A DNA stretch of 64,000 nt from Planctomycetota bacterium. Its GTDB lineage: Bacteria > Planctomycetota > UBA1135 > UBA2386. Numbering within the stretch: position 1 is the first letter of the stretch; each line of letters opens with the position of its first letter. Of this stretch, positions 27,762-37,732 are shown in pieces. Location of the stretch: contig OZ245838.1 of the NCBI GenBank assembly GCA_965228735.1, positions 1,088,001-1,152,000 of the forward strand, written 5' to 3'. The translations under genes were made by a program, and so were the position numbers. The notes below the pieces were generated by a model. That model was not told the DNA's origin and ran no database searches. It saw only the letters and a program-made list of their open reading frames with translations.

Positions 27762-28113
27762 GGTCGGTCGGAGAGGGCGTCGGACCATAGCCAGCGGGCT
27801 GGCTGGGACCCAAGCACCGATTCCCCTTCGTGTAAAGAGACCGTGTCAAAGACTGGCCTCGGTGGATGAAATTCACCGACCCCGCTTGCCAAGGTGACCG
27901 AGGCCTGCGAAGGTCTTGGCGTTCGGATGATGCGTCTCAGGCGCTTTGGTTGGTCTCGCAGCATTTCGCGGATCGATCGGGGAACCCCTGGCTCGCGCTT
28001 TCCCCTGACACAGACTCCTGCCACCAGACAGCGGCTCTGCTCGCGCCAGCACCTCGCCCCCGGGTGTCGGCGTATTCCAAGACACCAAGGGGGTGTGAGA
28101 ACCGACTGAAGCG

Positions 28114-28659
<546 letters not shown>

Positions 28660-28710
28660 CTCGTTCGGTGGGCGCTCACCATCGAGGGCCTACGGACTGA
28701 GAACTCGTTC

Positions 28711-28733
28711 GGGCCCGGGCACCGTCCGGGCCC
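28711..28733 (+). terminator. GC-rich hairpin downstream of the RRM gene (no U-tract)
   Basis: GGGCCCGGGC-ACC-GTCCGGGCCC. Confidence 0.3.
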
Positions 28734-28759
28734 CAAGTGAGACTGGGCCGCCCGGGCGA

Positions 28760-28827
28760 CCGGATCTCACGGGCAACCGGATCTCACGGGCAACCGGATC
28801 TCACGGGCAACCGGATCTCACGGGCAA
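28760..28827. repeat. Tandem 17-bp repeat (CCGGATCTCACGGGCAA)x4 with degenerate flanking copies to ~28859
   Basis: Four exact units at 28760, 28777, 28794, 28811; no spacers. Confidence 0.92.
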
Positions 28828-28973
28828 CGGGCTCGTAGCAACCGGGCCTCACGGGCGACACTGGCCCGGAGCCGACTCGTTCCATGCCCCAGCGAACGGG
28901 GTGCGTGCCGAGTGCGCCCGCCCTGGTCGCACTCTCGGGTCGCGGGCGCGCGAGCCGGCCCGCGGCGACCCGG

Positions 28974-29144
28974 CTACTGCTTCGGGATGTCCCAGGTCTC
29001 GACGATCGTCGGCATGCCCAGCACGACGGCGAGGCCGAAGAATCCGATCAGGAGGAGGACGCCGAGCACCAGGCCAACGCCCGCGGGCGTGAGTTCCTTG
29101 GGGTCGATCTGGATGAGAGGCTTCTTGTCGTGGTCCGAGGACAT
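28974..29144 (-). CDS. Small single-pass membrane protein (56 aa)
   Basis: Manual translation MSSDHDKKPLIQIDPKELTPAGVGLVLGVLLLIGFFGLAVVLGMPTIVETWDIPKQ; G/C-ending codons; shorter than any ORF in the supplied track. Confidence 0.7.
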   Translation of the reverse strand: MSSDHDKKPLIQIDPKELTPAGVGLVLGVLLLIGFFGLAVVLGMPTIVETWDIPKQ

Positions 29145-29280
29145 GGGATCGGGAATGGGTTCGCGCGGAAACGTACGCTCCGCGGTGGGGCAACGCGAGG
29201 CCTCGGGTCCGGATTTCGCCCAACTCGGCCGCGCCCCGGCACACGGCCGGAGCCCGCCCCGTCCGAGCTACTGCGGGTGA

Positions 29281-31188
29281 CTACTGCGGGCGATAGCCGA
29301 GCATGTCGTCCAGGGTCCGCTTCGACACCGCGTGGTAGCGCGGCCGCGCCCGTTCGTAGACGGCGAGCGCGCGGGTCTTGCCGTCCTCGGCGGCGAGCAG
29401 GGCGCGGTAGAGCGGCACGAGGAACTTGCGGCGCCCGACGGTCATGAGGAACAGGTCGAGCCGGCGGTCGACCGCGCGGTGGTTGTTGGCGACCGCGACC
29501 TCCAGCCACGCGGCCAGGATCTCGCTGTTCTTGCTGCGCGTGAACTGGAACGCCTCGTCGAGCTCGCCGAGCCTCTCCGGGTCGATCGGTTCGAGGTCGT
29601 TGAGGAAGCGCAGCCACTGCTGGGTCACCCAGCCGTCGGTGCGCAGCTCGGTCGCGTTCGTGCCGGCGCGCAGTCGCGCGAGTTCGGCGTCGACGGCACC
29701 GAAGAGCGAGCTCTCCGGCACGGGCGCATCCGCCGGCAGCCCGGCGGCCTCGACCCAGGCCATCACGTCGACGGGCGCGCTCGCTTCGTGTTTGGCGAGC
29801 AACTCGGCGCGGAAGAACGCGAGGAACTCGGCGGTCGTCACGCTCTCGAACGCGTGCTCGTCGAACCAGCGCCGCAAGAACGCGTCGAGCTGCGCGCGGC
29901 CGTAGACCTGTTCGAGTCGGCGCAGGAACGCGGCGCCCTTGTCGTAGGCCACCGCGGTCATGCCGTCGTCGGGGTTGCGGCCGGTCAGGTCGATGTGCAG
30001 GCGCTGGTCGCCCGGCGGCAGCTCGGCGAGTTCCTCGTCGAGCCCCTGCATGCCGAGCGCGATCTCCATGTTCGCGCGGTCCTGGCCGTAGAGCCGTTCC
30101 ATGATGCGCTGCTCGAGGTAGACGGTGAACCCCTCGTTGAGCCAGAAGTCGCGCCACGTGGCGTTGGTGACGAGATTGCCGGACCAGCTGTGGGCGAGCT
30201 CGTGCGCGACCAGCGCCACGAGGGACTTGTCGCCCGCGAGGATCGTCGGCGTCGCGAACGTGAGGCACGGGTTCTCCATGCCGCCGAACGGGAATGCCGG
30301 CGGCAGCACGAGCAGGTCGTAGCGACCCCAGCGGTAAGGACCGAACAGTTCCTCGCAGGTCTGCACCATCTGCTCCATGTCCTCGAACTCGCGCGCGGCG
30401 CTCGGCAGGACAGCGGGCTCGGCCCAGACCGCGCACCGCTCGCTGATCGCCGCGGACTGCAGGTCGCCGCAAGCCAGGGCGATGAGATAGCTCGGCACGG
30501 GCTTCGTCATCGAGAAGCTCGTGACGTCACCGTCGACCGTGCGTTCTTCGGCGCTCATCACCGTGGTCATGTTGCCCGGCGCGCGCACCCGGCCTTCCCA
30601 GGTCACGCGCACGGCCGGCGAGTCCTGCAGGGGGATCCAGCTGCGCGTCAAGATCGCCTGCCCCTGGGTGAACAGGAACGGCAGCTTGCCGCCGCGCGTC
30701 TGCTCGGGATCGAGCCACTGCATCGCGGCCGCGGTCGGAGCCGTGCGATAGCGAATCGTGACGGTGTCGACGCCGGCCGGCAGGGTCACGCTGAGGCGAC
30801 GGCCGAGGTGGGGGTCCGGCGCGGCGAGATCAAAGGACAGGACCCGACCGTCGGGCGCCGTGATGTCCGCGATGTCGAGGTCCTGGGTGTCGAGCACGAA
30901 CGGCGCCTCGGCGCTCGTGCGCTCGAGGTGATGGGTCACGCTGCCGTGCGCCGTGTGGTTCTCGAAGTCGAGCGTCAGGTCGAGCGCGAGGTGGCGGGTG
31001 CGCACCTCCGCTGGCCGGGCGTAGCTGTGGAGGTCCTGGTCTGCCAACGAACGGTCAGGGGCGTCGGTCATCGTGCAGGCACCGAGGGTGAGGGTTGCGA
31101 CGAGTCCCATTCCGAGGGGCCCCATTCCGAGGACCGGCGCCCGGAGGGCGGGGCAGCGGGGCGAAGACGGCAGCGAGGCGCTGGGCAT
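29281..31188 (-). CDS. M1 family aminopeptidase (leukotriene A4 hydrolase-like), probable lipoprotein
   Basis: FPFGGMENP, HELAHSW..N.VT...W..FWLNEGFT, AYDKG; lipobox-like LGAC; true start may be a downstream Met. Confidence 0.93.
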   Translation of the reverse strand: MPSASLPSSPRCPALRAPVLGMGPLGMGLVATLTLGACTMTDAPDRSLADQDLHSYARPAEVRTRHLALDLTLDFENHTAHGSVTHHLERTSAEAPFVLDTQDLDIADITAPDGRVLSFDLAAPDPHLGRRLSVTLPAGVDTVTIRYRTAPTAAAMQWLDPEQTRGGKLPFLFTQGQAILTRSWIPLQDSPAVRVTWEGRVRAPGNMTTVMSAEERTVDGDVTSFSMTKPVPSYLIALACGDLQSAAISERCAVWAEPAVLPSAAREFEDMEQMVQTCEELFGPYRWGRYDLLVLPPAFPFGGMENPCLTFATPTILAGDKSLVALVAHELAHSWSGNLVTNATWRDFWLNEGFTVYLEQRIMERLYGQDRANMEIALGMQGLDEELAELPPGDQRLHIDLTGRNPDDGMTAVAYDKGAAFLRRLEQVYGRAQLDAFLRRWFDEHAFESVTTAEFLAFFRAELLAKHEASAPVDVMAWVEAAGLPADAPVPESSLFGAVDAELARLRAGTNATELRTDGWVTQQWLRFLNDLEPIDPERLGELDEAFQFTRSKNSEILAAWLEVAVANNHRAVDRRLDLFLMTVGRRKFLVPLYRALLAAEDGKTRALAVYERARPRYHAVSKRTLDDMLGYRPQ

Positions 31189-31291
31189 GCCCGTTCTTGT
31201 AGCTGCGGGCGCACGATGAGGCTACGACGGCCGGCGCGGGCGGTCTTGTCGGTTGCCCTAGGAAGGGTCGATCGCCACAATCCTCGGCCCA

Positions 31292-33244
31292 ATGTCTTCG
31301 ACCCAGAGCCTGATCCGACTCACCCTGCCCGATGGTTCCGTGCGCGAGTTTCCCGCCGGAACGACGGGGCTCGACGTCGCGAAGTCGATCGGTCCGGGGC
31401 TCGCGAAGGCGGCCGTCGGGATCGAGCTCGACGGCACCGTGCAGAGCCTGCAGCTGCCGATCGACAACTCGGCCGGGATCAAGATCCTCGTCCGTGACAG
31501 CAAGGAAGGGCTCGAGGTCCTGCGGCACTCCGCGGCGCACGTACTCGCGGACGCCGTGAAGCGCATCCGCCCCAAGGCCAAGCTCTGGAAGGGGCCGCCC
31601 GTCGACGATCCGCGTTACGGGTTCTACTACGACATCGACTTCGGCGACGAGCCGATCACCGCGGACGATCTCCCCGAGCTCGAGAAGCTGATGAAGGAGA
31701 TCATCAAGGCCGACGTGCCGTTCGTGCGGGAGGAGCTGATGCGCGACGAAGCGAAGAAGCTCATGACCGAGCACGGCGAGGACTACAAGCTCGCGACGAT
31801 CGACAAGATCCCGGCGGACGAGTCGATCTCGTTCTTCCGGTCCGGGGATTTCGTCGATCTGTGCCGCGGCCCGCACGTCGTCAGCACGGGGCGCATCGGC
31901 GACGGCGTCGCGGTCCTGGCGCTCGCCGGGGCCTACTTCGGCGACGATGCCGGCAACAAGATGCTGACCCGCATCTACGGCCACGCCTTCCCGGACAAGA
32001 AGGCGATGGAGCAGCATCGCCACAACCTCGAGGAGGCGCAGAAGCGCGACCACCGCCGCCTCGGTGTGGACCTCGACCTGTTCTCGACGATGGGCGACCT
32101 CGGTGCCGGCCTCGTGCTCTGGCATCCGAAGGGCGGCTTCGTGCGCCACAAGATGGAGGAGTACTGGCGTCAGGCGCACCTCGACGGCGGCTACGACATC
32201 GTCTACTCGCCGCACATCGCCAAGGCCGACCTGTGGCAGACGTCCGGCCACCTCGACTTCTACAAGGAGTCGATGTACTCGGGCATCGACATCGACGGCG
32301 CGGAGTACCGCCTCAAGCCGATGAACTGCCCGTTCCACGTGCAGATCTTCAAGAGCAGGCGGCGCAGCTACCGCGAGCTGCCGTTCCGGTGGGCGGAACT
32401 CGGGACTGTCTACCGCTACGAGAACGCCGGGTCGCTGCACGGGCTGTTGCGCGTGCGCGGCTTCACCCAGGACGACGCGCACCTGTTCTTGCGCGAGGAC
32501 CAGGTGGAGCCGGAGATCGAGCGCTGCCTCAAGTTCGTGATCTCGATGCTGCAGGCGTTCGGGTTCCACGAGTACGAGATGATGCTCAGCACCAAGCCCG
32601 AGAAGAGCGTCGGCTCCGACGAGGGTTGGGAGAAGGCGACCAGTGCACTCGAGGCGGCGCTGAAGGCGACCGAGCTGCCGTACGGCATCGACGAGGGCGG
32701 CGGCGCGTTCTACGGGCCGAAGATCGACGTCAAGATCAAGGACTCGCTCGGGCGCACCTGGCAGTGTTCGACGATCCAGTGCGACTTCAACCTGCCCGAG
32801 CGCTTCGACATGACCTACATCGACGCGGATGGCGAACGGGTGCGGCCCGTCATGGTGCACCGCGCGTTGCTCGGGTCGCTCGAGCGCTTCTTCGGCGTCT
32901 TCGTCGAGCACCACGGCGGCGCGTTCCCGGTCTGGATCGCGCCGGTGCAGGCGGTGCTGCTCAGCGTCGGTGAACGCCACGCGGAAGCCGTGCGGGCCAT
33001 GGCCGACGAGCTGCGGGCCCGCGGCCTGCGCGTGGAGGCCGACGACAGCAGTGACAAGATCGGTCAGAAGATCCGCCACCACCTGTGGACCGAGAAGGTG
33101 CCGATGATCGGCGTCGTCGGCGACAAGGAGGTCGAGAGCCGGTCGGTGGCCGTGCGGTCACGCGCGGACGGCGACAAGGGCACGATGGCGTTGGCGGAGT
33201 TCGGGGATCTGCTGACGGAGCAGACCGCGAACCGAACGGTCTGA
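31292..33244 (+). CDS. thrS: Threonine--tRNA ligase
   Basis: TGS domain, RHSAAH, DLCRGPHV, RDHRRLG, KPMNCP, GLLRVRGFTQDDAH, AFYGPKID, VHRALLGSLERF. Confidence 0.98.
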   Translation: MSSTQSLIRLTLPDGSVREFPAGTTGLDVAKSIGPGLAKAAVGIELDGTVQSLQLPIDNSAGIKILVRDSKEGLEVLRHSAAHVLADAVKRIRPKAKLWKGPPVDDPRYGFYYDIDFGDEPITADDLPELEKLMKEIIKADVPFVREELMRDEAKKLMTEHGEDYKLATIDKIPADESISFFRSGDFVDLCRGPHVVSTGRIGDGVAVLALAGAYFGDDAGNKMLTRIYGHAFPDKKAMEQHRHNLEEAQKRDHRRLGVDLDLFSTMGDLGAGLVLWHPKGGFVRHKMEEYWRQAHLDGGYDIVYSPHIAKADLWQTSGHLDFYKESMYSGIDIDGAEYRLKPMNCPFHVQIFKSRRRSYRELPFRWAELGTVYRYENAGSLHGLLRVRGFTQDDAHLFLREDQVEPEIERCLKFVISMLQAFGFHEYEMMLSTKPEKSVGSDEGWEKATSALEAALKATELPYGIDEGGGAFYGPKIDVKIKDSLGRTWQCSTIQCDFNLPERFDMTYIDADGERVRPVMVHRALLGSLERFFGVFVEHHGGAFPVWIAPVQAVLLSVGERHAEAVRAMADELRARGLRVEADDSSDKIGQKIRHHLWTEKVPMIGVVGDKEVESRSVAVRSRADGDKGTMALAEFGDLLTEQTANRTV

Positions 33245-33504
33245 GCGATCCGTCAGTGTGCCGGTCGAGCCGGGCGCAGGGAGCGGGTCCCTTGCCGGAT
33301 ACCGGGCAGTCCCCGGAGCAGCCGCGGGATTTCCGGGCGCCGCTGCACGATCGAGCGCCCCGATGCCGATAGATGCGTTGCGATGGGGCTCCCAGGACCC
33401 TACCCTTCCGGGCCCCTTGCCTGGCGCTCCGCGGCGTGTGCGCGGTCCAGGCTCCCAGACCCACCCAGGAGACCAACATTTGAAGTCGAGTTCCGAGAGG
33501 CCCC

Positions 33505-34041
33505 ATGCGCGGCAGGCCTGATCCGCGTCGCCGTGCTCCGCAGGGCCCGCGTATCAATCACCAGATCCGCATCCGTCAGGTCCGCGTCATCGACGAGGAC
33601 AACGAGCAGCTCGGCATCCTCGAGACTGCCGACGCGCTGGCTCTGGCCCACAAGAAGCAGCTCGACCTCGTCGAAATTGCCCCGAACCAGCGGCCGCCCG
33701 TGTGCCGCATCATGGACTTCGGCAAGTTCAAGTACGAGGAGAAGAAGAAGGAGCAGCAGAGCCGGCGCAAACAGCACCAGGTCCAGGTCAAGGAGGTGCG
33801 CGTTCGCCCGGCGATCGGCACCCACGACCTCGACGTCAAGCTCAAGCGCGCGCGACGCTTCCTCGAGGACGGCGACAAGGTGATGGTCGTCTGCCTGTTC
33901 CGCGGCCGCCAGATGGTCCACAAGGAAGTGGGCGAGGAGGTCGTGATGGGCGTCGTGAAGGCGCTCGAGGACATCGCCAAGGTCGAGAGCCCGATCCGCA
34001 TGGAGGGCCGCCGGATGGTCCTCGTGTTGGCCAAGAAGTAG
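33505..34041 (+). CDS. infC: Translation initiation factor IF-3
   Basis: RINHQIR..QVRVID, LDLVEIAP...PPVCRIMDFGKFKYE, VKEVRVRP.I..HD, GDKV....FRGRQ; follows thrS. Confidence 0.97.
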   Translation: MRGRPDPRRRAPQGPRINHQIRIRQVRVIDEDNEQLGILETADALALAHKKQLDLVEIAPNQRPPVCRIMDFGKFKYEEKKKEQQSRRKQHQVQVKEVRVRPAIGTHDLDVKLKRARRFLEDGDKVMVVCLFRGRQMVHKEVGEEVVMGVVKALEDIAKVESPIRMEGRRMVLVLAKK

Positions 34042-34137
34042 GGCCAACCCCGACGGTTCGCGGCATCCGACGATCGCGGTCCGCCGAACCGACTGAGGGG
34101 CGGAGGTCGAGCACCGCCGTCCCGCGACCGCTACAAC

Positions 34138-37100
34138 ATGACGGACATGCCAGCTCCCGACTTCGAGGAAGTCTTCGGTCTGAACGCCGCCTACGCCGAG
34201 AAGGTCTACGGCGAGTACCTGGAGGCTCCGGACGCCGTGCCCGCCGAGTGGCGGCTGTGGTTCGACAGCGAGTTGCCGGAAGAGATGCGCGCGAGCCCGG
34301 ACGCCCGCGCCAAGAAGGACGGCGGCCGGGCGGAACAGAACGGCGCAGCGACGCCGGCGGACCCGGACACCACGCTGGAACCATTGCGCGGCGTCGCCGC
34401 CAAGATCGTCGAGAACATGTCGGCGAGCGTTTCGGTTCCGACCGCGACGTCGACGCGCGAGGTGCCCGTCAAGGTCCTCGCCGAGAACCGCGCGACCATC
34501 AACCGCCACCAGCTCGGCCAGCACCTGCCGAAGGTCAGCTTCACCCACCTGATCGGCTACGCGATGGCGCGCGCGATCGCGAAGGTGCCGGCGATGGCCG
34601 GGGTCTACGTCGAGCAGGACGGCAAGCCGTACCGGCGCCAGGACGCGTCGGTCCAGCTCGGCATCGCGGTCGACCTGCCGGGCAAGGACGGGCGTCGCAG
34701 CCTCGTGGTGCCCAACGTGCGGGACGTCGGCAAGTTGTCGTTCGCCGAGTTCTTCGAAGCGTTCAACGGACTCATCGGCAAGGCGCGCAAGGGCAAGCTC
34801 GCGCCCGACGACTTCGCGGGCACGACGTGCACGCTGACCAACCCGGGCACGATCGGCACCGTCAGTTCGCTGCCGCGGCTGATGACCGGCCAGAGCTTCA
34901 TCCTCGCCACGGGCGCGATCACGGTGCCCGGTGCGTTCCAGGGGGCAGCCCCCGACACGCTGACCGAGCTCGGCGTGTCCAAGGTCATGACGCTCACGAG
35001 CACCTACGACCACCGGGTCATCCAGGGCGCCGAGTCCGGCATGTTCCTCGACTGGATGCACAAGCTGCTGCTCGGGGAAGAGGACTTCTTCGACGAGATC
35101 TACCGGTCGATGAAGGTGCCGTACCGGCCGGTCCGCAACGCGGTCGACCGGCGGGCGCCGCTCGGCAGTTCGCTCCGCGAGGCCGAGAGCCTCGAGCGCG
35201 CGGCGGGTCTGATGACGTACATCCGCAGCTATCGCGTGCGCGGCCATGCGCTCGCCAAACTCGATCCGCTGACCTACGAACCGCAGGATCTGGCCGAGCT
35301 CGACATGGCCACCTACGGCCTGACGATCTGGGACAAGGACCGCACGTTCTACAGCGACGGGGTCACGAAGGCGCCGTTCGCCAAGCTGCGCGACATTCAG
35401 GAGGTGCTGCACCTGACCTACACGCGCCACGTCGGCGCGGAGTTCATGCACATCGCCGATCAGGAGCAGCGGCATTGGCTGCGTGATCGGATGGAGGGAT
35501 CGCGCAACGAGGAAGAGCTCGGCAAGGACACCGAGTTGCGGATCCTCGATCAACTCGTCGAGGCCGAGGCGTTCGAGCAGTTCCTGCACACGCGCTTCGT
35601 CGGCCACAAGCGGTTCTCCCTCGAAGGCGGCGACACCCTGATGCCGACCCTGCACGCGCTGCTCGATCGAGCCAGCGAGCACGGCGTCGACCGGGCGGTG
35701 CTCGGCATGGCGCACCGCGGTCGCCTCAACGTGCTCGCGCACGTGATGCAGAAGCCGCTGACCAAGATCTTCGGCGAGTTCGAGGGCTGGATCGATCCGT
35801 CGATGGCGCAGGGCTCGGGCGACGTGAAGTACCACCTGGGCGCGGTCGCCGACTACGAAACCCCGGCGGGCGAGCGGGTGAAGCTCGAGCTCGCGTGCAA
35901 TCCGAGCCATCTCGAGGCCGTCGATTCGGTCGTCGAGGGCATGACGCGCGCGCGCCAGGACCAGCTGCTGGCCGAGGGCGTCGAGGAACCGACGAAGGCC
36001 GTGCTGCCGATCCTCGTCCACGGCGACGCCGCGTTCGCGGGGCAGGGCGTCGTGTTCGAGACGATGCAGATGTCACAGCTGCGCGGCTACCGCACGGGCG
36101 GCACGGTGCACATCATCGTGAACAACCAGATCGGCTACACCACCGACCCGAAGGACTCGCGCAGCACGCCGTTCTGCACGGACGTCGCGAAGGGCATCCA
36201 GGCGCCGATCTTCCACGTCAACGGCGACGACCCGCTCGCGGCCGTGCGGATGATCCGGCTCGCGATGGAGTACCGCACGCGGTTCCAGGCCGACGTCGTC
36301 GTGGACATCGTGTGCTACCGGCGCCACGGTCACAACGAGGGTGACGAGCCGAGCTACACGCAGCCGCTGCTCTACGAGCAGATCGAATCGCACCCGACCG
36401 TGCGCACGATCTATCAGGACTATCTGATCCGGGCCGGCGTGCTGCAGCCCGAGGAGGCCGCGGCCTACGACGACAAGGTCCACGACCGACTCAAGGAGTC
36501 GCTCGACCAGGTGCGCAGCAGCGAGGCACCCGCGGTCGAAGTCGAGACCGGGGCGACACCGGACTCCGAATGGCAGCACGCCGCGGCTCCGGTCGAGGCC
36601 GGCAAGCTCACGGCGTTCAACGACAAGCTGCTCGACTGGCCCGAGGACTTCCACGCGCACCCCAAGGGCCGTGGCGTGCTGCAGCGCCGGGCCGACATGG
36701 TCGCCGGCAAACAGCCGATCGACTTCGCGACCGGCGAGGCGCTCGCCTTCGCGAGCCTCCTGGCCGCAGGCGTGCCGGTTCGACTCGCCGGCCAGGACAG
36801 CGGTCGCGGCACGTTCAGCCAACGCCACGCGGCGCTCTACGACTCCGAGGACGGCCACCGCTACGTGCCGCTGGACCACCTCGCCGAGGACCAGGCCCGC
36901 TTCGAGGTCGTCGACAGCCTGCTCAGCGAGGAAGCGGCGCTCGGCTTCGAGTACGGCTACAGCGTCGCCAACCCGAAAGGCCTGACCCTGTGGGAGGCCC
37001 AGTTCGGCGACTTCTGCAACGGCGCGCAGATCCAGATCGACCAGTTCCTCGCAGCCGGCGAGGCCAAGTGGTCGCAGCAGAGCGGGCTCGTGATGCTGCT

Positions 37101-37713
37101 GCCGCACGGCTACGACGGCCAGGGGCCGGAGCACAGTTCGGCGCGCCTCGAGCGCTTCCTGCAGCTCTGCGCCGAGAACAACATGCGCGTGGCCAACCCG
37201 ACGACGACCGCGAGCTACCACCACCTGCTGCGCGCGCAGGCGCTGGACGAGGATCGCAAGCCGCTGATCGTCATGACGCCGAAGAGCCTGCTGCGCATGC
37301 GCCCGGCCGGTTCGACGCTCGAGGAGCTGGCGAGCGACGGCTTCCGGCCCGTGATCGACGACGCCTCGATCGACAGCGCCGCCAAGGTCAAGCGCGTCGT
37401 CTGCTGTTCGGGGAAGGTCTACTACGACCTGCTCGACGCCCGCGGCGACCGACGGGACGTCGCGCTCGTGCGGCTGGAGCTGCTCTACCCGTGGCCCGCT
37501 GCGGCGGTCGCGGCCGTGCAGAAGCGCTTCAAGAAGGCGGAGTTCGTCTGGTGCCAGGAGGAGCCGACGAACATGGGCGCCTGGAGCTTCGTCCGGGATC
37601 GGTTCGAGTGGGCCGAGGTCGTCGCCCGTGACGCCGCCGCGAGTCCGGCCACGGGGTCGCTGCAGATGCACAAGGCCGAGCAGGCGCACCTCGTCGAGCG
37701 CGCGCTCGGCTGA
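34138..37713 (+). CDS. sucA: Multifunctional 2-oxoglutarate dehydrogenase with N-terminal E2 acyltransferase fused to E1 (Kgd/OdhA type)
   Basis: E2 part KVSFTH, TLTNPGTIGT, TYDHRVIQGAESG; E1 part KRFSLEG, GMAHRGRLN, GDVKYHLG, HGDAAFAGQG, WEAQFGDF.NGAQ, PEHSSARLERFL. Confidence 0.96.
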   Translation: MTDMPAPDFEEVFGLNAAYAEKVYGEYLEAPDAVPAEWRLWFDSELPEEMRASPDARAKKDGGRAEQNGAATPADPDTTLEPLRGVAAKIVENMSASVSVPTATSTREVPVKVLAENRATINRHQLGQHLPKVSFTHLIGYAMARAIAKVPAMAGVYVEQDGKPYRRQDASVQLGIAVDLPGKDGRRSLVVPNVRDVGKLSFAEFFEAFNGLIGKARKGKLAPDDFAGTTCTLTNPGTIGTVSSLPRLMTGQSFILATGAITVPGAFQGAAPDTLTELGVSKVMTLTSTYDHRVIQGAESGMFLDWMHKLLLGEEDFFDEIYRSMKVPYRPVRNAVDRRAPLGSSLREAESLERAAGLMTYIRSYRVRGHALAKLDPLTYEPQDLAELDMATYGLTIWDKDRTFYSDGVTKAPFAKLRDIQEVLHLTYTRHVGAEFMHIADQEQRHWLRDRMEGSRNEEELGKDTELRILDQLVEAEAFEQFLHTRFVGHKRFSLEGGDTLMPTLHALLDRASEHGVDRAVLGMAHRGRLNVLAHVMQKPLTKIFGEFEGWIDPSMAQGSGDVKYHLGAVADYETPAGERVKLELACNPSHLEAVDSVVEGMTRARQDQLLAEGVEEPTKAVLPILVHGDAAFAGQGVVFETMQMSQLRGYRTGGTVHIIVNNQIGYTTDPKDSRSTPFCTDVAKGIQAPIFHVNGDDPLAAVRMIRLAMEYRTRFQADVVVDIVCYRRHGHNEGDEPSYTQPLLYEQIESHPTVRTIYQDYLIRAGVLQPEEAAAYDDKVHDRLKESLDQVRSSEAPAVEVETGATPDSEWQHAAAPVEAGKLTAFNDKLLDWPEDFHAHPKGRGVLQRRADMVAGKQPIDFATGEALAFASLLAAGVPVRLAGQDSGRGTFSQRHAALYDSEDGHRYVPLDHLAEDQARFEVVDSLLSEEAALGFEYGYSVANPKGLTLWEAQFGDFCNGAQIQIDQFLAAGEAKWSQQSGLVMLLPHGYDGQGPEHSSARLERFLQLCAENNMRVANPTTTASYHHLLRAQALDEDRKPLIVMTPKSLLRMRPAGSTLEELASDGFRPVIDDASIDSAAKVKRVVCCSGKVYYDLLDARGDRRDVALVRLELLYPWPAAAVAAVQKRFKKAEFVWCQEEPTNMGAWSFVRDRFEWAEVVARDAAASPATGSLQMHKAEQAHLVERALG

Positions 37714-37732
37714 GCGCGTCGCTGCGATTCGC

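Noticed and set aside
28760..28827. Possible CRISPR array
   Set aside because: Units are contiguous with no spacers, only 17 bp long, and there are no cas genes
33245..33466. L20 leader or other ncRNA between thrS and infC
   Set aside because: No recognisable consensus, and rplT is not in this operon
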